From: Trypethelium eluteriae
Taxonomy: Eukaryota
Assembly (NCBI GenBank): GCA_051942245.1
Contig: JAVECL010000014.1
Location: 62,001 to 112,992 of the forward strand
Reading direction: 5' to 3'
DNA: 50,992 nucleotides
In this document: positions 1 through 9,733 of the stretch, in pieces
How positions within the stretch are numbered: the stretch's first letter is position 1
Layout: each line of letters opens with the position of its first letter
Made by a program: the position numbers and the translations under genes
Notes under the pieces: model-generated
What the model was told of the DNA's origin: nothing
Databases searched by the model: none
The model's input: the letters and a program-made list of their open reading frames with translations, nothing else

Positions 1-185
1 AGATCTTCAGCCATTAATCCCGGAATCTTTTGGTATTACTTTAGACCTTGGATAACCTACCATATATATACATACGTTCAACATTTCCCAGTGCCGGCCT
101 AATGCCCACCTCAGCTCCTCGATGCGTCAAAGCTTGACAAACATGATAATTATACTTTAGCCCTCTGAAGCTATACTGTGTCGCT

Positions 186-631
186 CCGAGGCAGATGCTT
201 TGACGCATAGTTCTCAACATCTTCCCCACCCCCACTTTGTTAAAATTAGCCGGATTCGTTTCGAAATAGTGCGAATTTCACGTCCGATCCGGCGAAGAGG
301 ATTGCCCCCCGCGTCTGATATACCTAGCTTCAGATTAGCTTGATATCCGTCATAAATAGACGACTAAGTGATTCGGACCAGACCGAGGTAACTTCGTGAT
401 TCTTGAAGCCCCTATTTCATGAACACGTTCAGCTGTAGTCAGGTGGGCCGTTTTCATGTTGGCTTTTGCGGGGTGTCTAAGCCGTATTTTAGAAGTGGGT
501 AAAGAATGCTTCTATTTGTTGGATAGGGACAGGGCCCACTATTTTAGCTGCTTCATTGGGGTGAGGTAAATCTACCTTGAACACAATGCATTGACCTCCT
601 TGAGAGGAGTTGTCCAAAGATTGAGCCTCGG
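186..631. promoter_or_regulatory. Three CCTCGG/CCGAGG (FarA/FarB/CTF1-type) sites plus SYGGRG (CreA-type) sites upstream of cutinase
   Basis: CCGAGG 186-191 and 383-388, CCTCGG 626-631. CCCCAC 224-229 and 230-235, CCCCGC 307-312, GCGGGG 468-473. Motif match only. Confidence 0.5.
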
Positions 632-783
632 GTCGAGGTAATTCTCTTAACATTGTAGCCAGAAAGCTCTCGTGGGATGAGGAGAAGGAGCAAAGCTTCA
701 TCGAGCGGTCTATACGTGGCTTTGTTGGAGCGAGAATTGACATAGAGCAAGGGAGGTCCGCATAATCCAGAATGTCCTCAATC

Positions 784-790
784 TATAAAA
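784..790 (+). promoter_or_regulatory. Putative TATA box of cutinase gene
   Basis: TATAAAA about 120 nt upstream of ATG 909. Confidence 0.55.
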
Positions 791-908
791 CGAGGCTTGA
801 CATCTCACTACCACTTGCAAGACATCCTGGACTTGAGCGTTAACCCAAGATAACGTTGAAAGCACCAGCCAAGTCTCAAATCTTGATTTCCCGGCAATAC
901 TTTCTACG

Positions 909-1883
909 ATGGCGGTTCTAAGGGCTATGCTCGCAGCCACTGTGTTATTTCTCGCTGGCATTGCCCATGCGCAAACGTGCGAGGTTCAATCTTGTAAGAT
1001 CGCTCAGATCTCGGGATCAACGGGGACTCCATATACTGGAGGTCTGGCAAACTTCCCCACTGGAGGCACCGCAAGCGGTGACGCATGTATTGCATCTTAC
1101 GCCTTCGAAGGCGCTTATACCGGTCCTTTTCCTCCGTCTCTTCGATTTGCAAGAAGGTCTGGGAAGGGATGGCAAGGCGCTGAGCTGATGCGTCGTACGA
1201 CCAATGAGGCGAAGCTGGCAAATCCCCCTTCTCTTGAGCAACGCCAGACCGGATGCGCACCGTATACTCTCATATTCTCCCGAGGCACCTCTGAAATCGG
1301 GACATTGGGCGAGACTGTTGGACCAGCGTTACAGGCCGGACTCAACTTGGCCGCACCGGGCAAATGGAATATTCAGGGGGTTCCCTACCAGGCGACCGTT
1401 GATGGCGATGATTGCCTGGGTCTTCCAGGAGGAGTGATAGCGACGAACCAAATCGAATCTGTAGCATCGGAATGCCCCAACACAAAGGTGCGCGAAAGGC
1501 AACCAAGCTGAAACCTGAAATTATTTTGACGGTGACTACAGATCGTCGTTTCGGGCTACAGTGAAGGTGCGATGGTCTCTCACAATGGCGTAGGAAATGC
1601 AAATGCTTCTGCCAAATCTAAAATTGCAGTAAGTAGAAAAGCCGGCAGATCAGACTTTCTTCTGAGGGCCAACACACTAACAAAAATGTCTTAGGCCGTC
1701 GTCGTATTTGGCGACCCATTCAACGGCGCTCAAATTAAGGGCTACTCCGGACCTATCAGGACGTATTGTGCCACTGGGGATGATGTCTGCGAAGGAGAGT
1801 TCGTGATAACTGCTGCACACCTCTCATACGTTGGCGTGGACACCACAGAAGCGGTTGCATACATTCAAAGTGTTGTGGGTTAG
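909..1883 (+). CDS. Secreted cutinase (CE5) with N-terminal extension
   Basis: Exons 909-1487, 1542-1628, 1695-1883. Signal peptide; CAPYTLIFSRGTSE; CPNTKIVVSGYSEGA (nucleophile motif GYS-E-G); AVVVFGDP; YCATGDDVC...AAHLSY (catalytic Asp/His region). Confidence 0.93.
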
Positions 1884-2669
1884 AGAGTCCTGGTAAATGT
1901 CACCCGCTGATGGGAGACGAGAGAACCCAGCATGGGGACATTCTGGCCTGATCTTGTACACGCACAAAACATTTAGTCGAATACGAAGGGACACTAAGTT
2001 ACCCTGGGGACAGAATTGCACTAGTGCTTTGTAAAGGCTCGTCCTATCTCGGAGATAATGGAGATAATGGGTCGCGCTAGTAAGGATTTTTCATGATAAT
2101 AATTAGTAGGGAACCCCTGAAACCTTCCCATCATTCAGTCTTCCATATATCTCACGAGCTCCTATATTGACTGCTACGGTCAATCACTCGCATATCTCGG
2201 AGTTTTAGGTAGTTCTTGGTCGAAGAGACCGCATTTGGCATCGATTAGCTACAAGCGTGCGATGGTTCGGTATTTTTTGTTATTGAGGGTATACATCCCT
2301 ACTTTTGCTTCACATCATACAGCTTTCTGGACGAGATGTAACTCTCTTATCTCCTGATCAAACTTAAGGGAGAGTCCTATATTATTGATTACAGAACTAA
2401 TAAATTGTCCAACATCACTCAACATTTCGTTCATTTTACAATCGCTTGATTCTCGATTGTGTTGTGGATTGATAGGCTGTAGACAACGTAAGGTAGATAC
2501 CTATGGCTCACATCACCGCTCCCGGATCATGCTTCGGCCCGGGACGGTCCAATAGGTCTTTTTATCCAGCTCACTTTTCAAAAATTGACCGCTACATTCA
2601 TCTAATTTCCATCACCTCATCTATCGCTTCGTTCCCGTTGGTGCATTCCCAGTCTACCAATTTACCAGG

Positions 2670-3419
2670 ATGGGCTGCTGGGGTCTGGGCCTCTTCGAGT
2701 CCGACCATGATCTCGATATGGAATCCATGCTTTCTGATGAAGCAGGCATTGACCTTTCCGCTGCAACCGATGATTCGGTTGCCATTCGTGCCGATCTCGA
2801 GAAAGACGGGAAGCTCTGCGCGATGTTCGACAAGTGGGAAACGCGTGGGACTAGCAACGATATTGGAATCACTCCCAAGTACTCTACAGTGATTCTCGGC
2901 GCCTGTGCCATGCGAGTGGGTGCAAAGATTGAAGATCGACATTTGGCATTGTTGCAAAACATCTACGCGAGCTGTGGTCTCTGCGAGGATGGCGAACGCC
3001 AGATTAAAGTATGTACATCGCTATGCAGAGCTGCATTCCAAGTGTACTCAATACAAGACACAATATTTCGAGACATGACCCGAAGAAAATACTAATATTT
3101 CCTGCAGAAAGCACTTGCTGCCTACAAGAATGACGGCACGCCTTGGGACTTCAACTCCTTGGACCTCCACGCTACGTTTGAAAGTAGCAAAGATGGTCTT
3201 CCGCGTTTCTGCGCAACTTGTGACAAGCCGTAAACGTCACAGAATCCGTTAAAAACCTGCGCCAAATGCAAGAAAGTCCCCTACTGCAATCGAGACTGTC
3301 AGAAGGAAGATTGGAAGTTTCACAAGCGTCACTGTGGCAAGGCCCGAAGCCAAGGGACTCCGTGCAGGCCACCTTTGATGAATGCAGACCTTTACAACGC
3401 CATGCGAGCATATGCATAA
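2670..3419 (+). pseudogene. MYND zinc-finger protein with premature in-frame TAA (truncated allele, pseudogene or sequence error)
   Basis: Exon 1 2670-3008, intron 3009-3107 (GTATGT..CTAAT..CAG). Exon 2 reads ...[41 protein letters not shown]... with TAA at 3231-3233; natural stop at 3417-3419. Confidence 0.8.
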
Positions 3420-3953
3420 AATCTGGTTGAGACTTAACTTTCTTCGCAACAAGGACAAGAAGCGCAGCTAAGGTTAATTTTTGCTGGTTGATGCAGACTC
3501 TTGCTTCACCAAGGATGCGAGAAGAGCGCTGGCTCGGTGCTAGTTCTCTCTCTCGAATTTGATGTGTTGATTCCGAAGGGGCAAGTTCGTGGCTTCTGCT
3601 TTGCTCAAACTGCAATTGACTCGCATTTTGCTTTCATGATGGTGGTGATAATCGCTAGCTGACTTTCAATATCTCGTACACTGTTTATACCCAATTGCTC
3701 ATGCCTTAAACATGGGTTGACTACTTAAGATAGCTCGATAACAATACCGATATCATACACACAATCCACATGTTCCAGCATGAGGTTGCTACGCAAGTAG
3801 ACCTCCGAAAGGGACGTGATATATCGCTTCCGTCACAAGCCCCATTGGGATTTGGCTCTGTGAAGGTCGGGCTGTAAGATGCGCCTTTGCGAGCCCTGGC
3901 GAAGCGAGCTCCGTGCTCACATTATATTCTTTTAGCCTTGACTTCTACCAATA

Positions 3954-4391
3954 TTACTCTCCAGCTCGAGTCTTCAACTGCACCCCATGCCATCTCTTGA
4001 TCTCATCGCCGAGTACTTCATTCACCATTCTATGCTGTTTTATCACGGGCAGTCCTTTGAATTGGGCGGACACAATATCCAGAGCATACATAGAGCCACA
4101 TCCGCCGCTGACATCCTGCACCTCGAGACTAGTTGGATGTAGTTTGGATTTGATCATGTTGAAGATTTTCAGTTCGCTCTCAGAGAGGTAGTCCGGCGGC
4201 TGAGGATCTGATGAAGAGATGACATGAAGACTTCGTGAGGTGGCGAATCTTCGGTGGCAGGAATGTCGAAGATTGCCAGGACCTGAGACAAGACTAGGAA
4301 GTCGTATAAAAGCTGGCGATGGGTGGGATGCCATACAGTTGAGAAGGTTCAAGGCTTCTGATGCGGAGGAAAGTGCTCTTGAGGGTGCCAT
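3954..4391 (-). CDS. BOL3: BolA-family protein, Bol3/Aim1-like (mitochondrial Fe-S maturation)
   Basis: LEVQDVSGGCGSMY...FKGLPVIKQHRMVNEVL...WHGVQLKT. Arg/Ser-rich N-terminus resembling a mitochondrial presequence. Confidence 0.88.
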   Translation of the reverse strand: MAPSRALSSASEALNLLNCMASHPSPAFIRLPSLVSGPGNLRHSCHRRFATSRSLHVISSSDPQPPDYLSESELKIFNMIKSKLHPTSLEVQDVSGGCGSMYALDIVSAQFKGLPVIKQHRMVNEVLGDEIKRWHGVQLKTRAGE

Positions 4392-4855
4392 GTCAAATTG
4401 TAGGACAGGTTTCTGCTACTGGGTTAGAGTGACTATCAAGCACAAGAAATTAATGCACAAGCTCACCAGGAGTCCTTTCTAAGACCACGCAATGGGGAAA
4501 GGGCTACTAGGTATCTAGCAAGTGATGTGGTCCAAGGACGACGGCCGACCGGAAGACAAACTCCGCATTGCAGATTTCCTCTACCGTACCGTAGAGGTAC
4601 CCTGCCCTGCCACTCCTGCGTGCCCTACAGTACCGACGCCAAAAGAGGTTCAATCATATCCTAGGAATGAAGTGTAATGATCACAAAGCAAGATCTGGTC
4701 ACGAGCCAGCTCAACACAAGATATAGAATTTCTACATGTCCAACGCAGTTGTGCTAATACATGTTCTGCGGAGTACAGGAGAGCGAAATCCACCATATAC
4801 GGCCGTAATATTTATGTGAAGATTTAATATAAACAGGGAACGGACGAACCACAGA

Positions 4856-5911
4856 CTAAGCCTCCCAGATATGCCAGAAACCATTCTTCTTGCTCTTGCC
4901 TCTTTTTTCCCGGACCTCTCGCCCCCGAGACGTCTCTTTCTGCTTCACTGGTTTCCACTCGACCCCATTTCCAAAAGGCGTCATTCGTGCGCTTAAGGGT
5001 TTCGACTTCTGTTCGACTGTACCGTCCCGCTTCCACAGGCTATCATCCCGAAACCTTCTCTCTTTATCTCCCAACCCCTTATTCTGCCCTTCCTCCACCT
5101 TGATATGATCCTTTCCCCCCTCGGCCTTTCGATCCTCATGTTCTGGATTCCACTGAGCGCGGTCTGGCTTAACTGATCCCTTATTCTCCAATCGCTTCTC
5201 TCCAGGATCTTCGCTCTGGGCCAATTTGTCATCTTCCTCATCAGGCTCCAGATCCTCGCCCATATCGCGGGCAATCCTCTTTTCCTCGTCTTGCTGCTTC
5301 CATTTCTCTCTGCGGCGGTCCCGATCATTGGCCTCAGCGCGAGGCGGTGGGAAAGTCTCAGTATTGGCGTGGGCACCAACGATGCGCTTGGACAGCTGTG
5401 GTTGAACAGATCGCTTGATTCCATTGGCAGCACCGCCATCAGGCTTAACATCCTGGGTGGAGAGGTCCGGGTAGGCAGGTCGCTTGAAATGTTTATGCAT
5501 TTTGTGTGACCCTTGCTGCTCAGGCTTCGGATTGTCGTGGCTGTATCCTTCGGTAGATTGTGGCCGACTGTATTGGTGATAGGTCGTATGAATCTCCGTG
5601 TTGCTTTGAGGGCGATGGTGCTGTGGTGATGGGGAGGATGAGGCCACCGAAAGTCCCCCGCTGGCATCGTCGCCAACGTTGACGAGGCGGCGTTCCCACT
5701 CAGAGGATTTCTCCTGGATATAGTCCTCGTCCTCGGAATCAGGGTACGCATCGCGCTCGGCCAGTTCGATCAATGTAGATTGTGCTGTCGGTTCCGCTGA
5801 GCGAGCACGCAGAGAATGCATGTTTCCGGGGATAGTACTGGCAAGGGCGGAAATAGGAGAATAAATAGTGAGAAATAGGAAAGCAATAGCGGGCAAGGTC
5901 ATGGCCTGCAT
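4856..5911 (-). CDS. Orphan secreted hydrophilic protein with many KR/RR sites
   Basis: Single 351-aa ORF with a hydrophobic signal peptide (TLPAIAFLFLTIYSPISALA), no Cys, 7 KR and several RR sites. No family recognised. Confidence 0.75.
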   Translation of the reverse strand: MQAMTLPAIAFLFLTIYSPISALASTIPGNMHSLRARSAEPTAQSTLIELAERDAYPDSEDEDYIQEKSSEWERRLVNVGDDASGGLSVASSSPSPQHHRPQSNTEIHTTYHQYSRPQSTEGYSHDNPKPEQQGSHKMHKHFKRPAYPDLSTQDVKPDGGAANGIKRSVQPQLSKRIVGAHANTETFPPPRAEANDRDRRREKWKQQDEEKRIARDMGEDLEPDEEDDKLAQSEDPGEKRLENKGSVKPDRAQWNPEHEDRKAEGGKDHIKVEEGQNKGLGDKERRFRDDSLWKRDGTVEQKSKPLSARMTPFGNGVEWKPVKQKETSRGREVREKRGKSKKNGFWHIWEA

Positions 5912-6668
5912 GATGGGAAGAATTTTCTGTAGAAGAATGGGACTAATAAGTAGTTCTGATTAGGATAACGGGGTGGATAGACATGGACGATAAACCACTC
6001 CTTTGAGTATCATGAAAATAGCCCTACCTTAGGAGGGATTGACAAACCTACGAAATCTCGCGAACAACTGACATTTATTAGGCTGGTAATGAACAGCATC
6101 ACACATGCTGCGACAGCAAGGCGTGGAATAAGACTAAAACCCACATAATGTTTACTCACAAGAGGAGACTCTAGTGTGCCAACAACAAGAGACCACATTT
6201 GCAGCTCTGTACAGTCGTGAAGGCTTCAAATGCAACACAATAGCTCAGTTTTCCGAAGAAACATGGGGTGTGTCTAGTTTTTCCAACATCTATTAGAGTT
6301 GGTTGCGCCCGTTGTACCAATTTTTGGAGCCAAAAGTCCACTGTGACGTCGTTGCGCTTTGACCACGCAACCCCATTGGCACGAAAAGCGTGTGCAGGAT
6401 GCAATAATAGGGCAAATTCCTTCTCGTTTTGCGACACTCCACACAGTCTTCAGTCAGATGGATATAGTGGATATGAACCTTCCCTACTCGAGTAATGGTG
6501 GCTTGAGATCCTCTATGTGGCTATTTGTAAAGATGGTCTTTTCCTTGGGCATTCCATGAGTACCTAGATTCTTATTGCACCCTGCATAAGATGCCACAAG
6601 TCCTTGTAACATACGAGTAGCCTCCGTAGATACTATACAGCAGCTTCGACACTACCTCCAAGTGTATC

Positions 6669-8926
6669 TCAAAGCTTATTCCTCTCAGGGGTTGGCGGTA
6701 ACGCACCACTCATCATAGCCTCTTCCCCTTCATTGCCATGCGTCTCCTCCCAACCAAAGAGCAACTCCTCTCTTCCCCCTCGGGTATTCCACCAAGCGAC
6801 ACACACCTGGCCGCGCTCAGGGTCCATTTCTCCTCCGTTTAGCACTTCCCAAAACCGCTTTCTGCACTCTCCTCTCATTTGTGAGTCTGAAATAGTATTC
6901 GCGAGAGAGGAGGCAAGCGGCAGCCATTCTCGCAGCTCTGAAACGGGTAGATAGGGTAGCGAATCTACCAAGGTGAGCGCGAGTACTGCACGTTCCGATA
7001 GTGTCCGTGTTTGAGCATCTGCCTGGACTTGCCCCGGAGGAACGGCAGCAAATTCTACAGAGTCGCGCTTAGGAGACGTCTGTGGCGCAGTGAGAGCACG
7101 ATGATGGACGAGTTCGAGTAGAACTGATGGGAGATGTGGTTGAGAGACCGACAGTGGCGAGGGAGGCATTACCACGTGGATAAGCGTTTTGAAAGCAAGG
7201 CGGAACTGTCGCGCCGACAAGTTTTGAGGAAACACCTGAAAGTAATTTCAGCTCTGAATAAATCGTACGAACTTCGCATACTGAAGTACCTGGAATAGCG
7301 CATTGACGTAGAAAGGGAGGTGTTGAGCTGTAAGGGCTGCGCTCTGAGGTGCAGAAAGCACCGCTAACATAACACTGTGAGCTGCCTCGAAGATGGGCAG
7401 AAGATTGTTGTTGCCACCGGAGACTAGATATGGGTTGGCAGCGGCCACCAATAGCTGGTCGTTGGTCTCTGATGGGAGGCTAAGGGTGAGATACTCAGAT
7501 GTATTTAAGAAATAGAGGTCAAGACATCGATCTAGTGGATGCTGTGGAATTTGCCCAAGTTCGAGTGGGCGAATTTCGTGGATGAAGTGGTCTGATCGGT
7601 CAGGATAGTTGTTTAGGATGTCAATCGCGGTGAGGTATACAAAAGTATATTGAGTGAAGGAATTGGAACCAAGGCGGGAGGATATAAAATACAGGCTGCG
7701 CAATATACGAAGGACTGAGGTAGCTACGTTTGCATCCTCTGCATGATTGTCAGACACATCAATTCCGAGCAGTTCCAAGCACCGACCTTTCTTTTGAGAC
7801 AATACTCCATCACTAAGGACTCGGCTCAAAATGCCGCGAAGTACAACTACCATTCCAAAAAGCGCCGACCTCAACAGTTGCCAAAGGACTGGTAGAGTCG
7901 TCTTGAATGTCTCGTCAGTAAGAAATAGAGATTCTTCGGCAACATCAACTTCCGATAATTTGTTCTGCCGCCATTGGCTTAGGAGAGTCTTCGAAAACAC
8001 CACGAGGTTTTCAAGCACTTCCTGAATCAGCTGAATGTGCTTGACATTCTCCACCGCATGAGCTATCAGCCTTGACAAGGGCCCCATGGATGACATTAAG
8101 GGTCTTGAAGATATCCTCTGGACTCGACGGAACGAGTCAGACTCTGAAGACCAATTGAATTTCTGCTTTTGGACCTGAATGATATCTAAATCCACTGTAC
8201 CGAGGAAGTAACCGCTCTCCAGTCCCTCGGGAGAAAAGAGGATAGCTTCGACAAGCAACGGCAAAAGACGGTCATAATTCAATCGTATTCGCTCAGAGTC
8301 CGAGAGTATAGGGAATGTATGATTTAAGACCAACGCCACGCAAGTTGATCCAAGTCCGCACTCGTGGGCCTCGTGTTCTAAGGCCAGGTTTGCGGCTTTT
8401 ACCAGAGCAGATTCCAGAGTAAGCTTGAGTGATCTTGTTAAACCTACAGACTCTCGGCTTTCCAATCCAATCAGCATGCCTCCAATCACCAAAAGATGCT
8501 GCCACCGATCCGACTTCTCGTCGGCACCTCCGATCACCGCTTTGATCCACTCTTCGCATTGTAAGCCGTTCGCTTGAGCCAATTGGCTGGTGTGTTCAGA
8601 GCCTATTTGTGCACCACGCCATTCTTCTTGCTGCTGAATCTTTCCTAGAGCAGCAGAATGGAAAAGGCTTAGCATGCGAAGGCACGTTTGGAGCCCATCA
8701 GGTCGTTCCCAAATGGCTGGGGACAGTAGAAGCTGGGAAGTGAGAAGGGTCACATTGAGAGGGTTCGAAAGACCTGTAAGGAGCGACGCAGCAGTACCGA
8801 GCAGTCTAATTCTGTTAATCGTCTGCGACGAGAGTTTCGAGCTATCACGTACCTTGGTGTATCTTGCTGGTCTGCATGGGTCCGTAGAGAGCGCAGAAGC
8901 GTGCCAAGCAGGCTGTCCATGGGCAT
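6669..8926 (-). CDS. PEX8: Peroxin 8
   Basis: Exons 8926-8853, 8805-7787, 7738-7290, 7235-6669. N-terminus LLGTAASLLTGLSNPLNVTLLTSQLL; IFEAAHSVMLAVL; FPQNLSARQFRLAF; C-terminal PTS1-like NKL. Confidence 0.88.
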
Positions 8927-9063
8927 CTTAAGAGACTATTCCTACATGTCTGCCAACGGTCGGAACAGTTCGCTTGCCTGAAAACTGGGGTGAAGGTACG
9001 CTGGTGGGCCGACGAAGTCGGTCAGAATTCGAGGCTGGGTGATTGGGGATCGTGAAATCAGAT

Positions 9064-9071
9064 GCCTCGGC
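9064..9071. promoter_or_regulatory. GCCTCGGC (GCC-N2-GGC / CCTCGG) site in the divergent PEX8 promoter
   Basis: Exact CTF1/FarA-type element about 140 nt upstream of the PEX8 ATG. Confidence 0.5.
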
Positions 9072-9182
9072 GTCTTCTGTTGCCAGCTACCTCCGCTACA
9101 CCTCTCCGCGCCTACAGCAACTTCTTCTCTCCCTAGCCAACCATGCCATCTTCTGTCAGCCGACTGGAATTCACTATAATCA

Positions 9183-9733
9183 ATGAGTGACCTGTAAGTA
9201 AATATGTGTCCAATCATTCAAGGTCTACGATTTAGCAGACTGATCGTGTTCTCGAGCTTCCTCCGCCGCATCTCCAACACAGCTCCCCTGGGCTACGTCA
9301 CTCCTCCGTTCCCCTCCCTTTACTGGCCATTTCCAGTCAAAGGGGATCAAGCAAGCTATCTCTATCATGCCTACGATATCTGGAGCTTTACGGTTATCTG
9401 GACGCTTATTTTCTATGAAGGAGTCCACCTAGCTACAAGCGGATATGCTGTTACGATACAATGGAGGAATTGGAAGATCATCTGGGTCGCACCACTGGTT
9501 TACGTCTTGATCGGCGGCATCGAGGCTATGATTGCGGGTAGTGTTATTGGCGGCCTGTACGTCGTAGCTCTGAGAAGACTAGAAAAGCAGACGTAGCTAA
9601 TACCCAAACAAGGCTCGGTGGCGTATACGGTGTCGGCATATTCCGTATGTCAACATGGGTGCCCTTTGCATGGGGGGTCATCAACACACTTGTACTCATC
9701 CTGTCCTCATTTGCCATACAAGGAGGACTATGA
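9183..9733 (+). CDS. Small integral membrane protein, TMEM170-like
   Basis: ATG 9183; intron 1 from 9194 to 9235 or 9256 (both keep the frame); intron 2 9557-9612. TPPFPSLYWP, YLYHAYDIWSFTVIWTL, ...LGGVY...MSTWVPFAWGVINTLVLILSSFAIQGGL*. Several TM helices. Confidence 0.8.

Noticed and set aside
3230..3242. 13-nt GTAAAC..CAG micro-intron removing the MYND stop
   Set aside because: Far below the intron sizes seen here, has no branch site, and would frameshift the finger.
4993..5751. 252-aa alternative-frame ORF inside the secreted orphan gene
   Set aside because: No signal peptide or motif; R/S/P-rich composition typical of an off-frame shadow.
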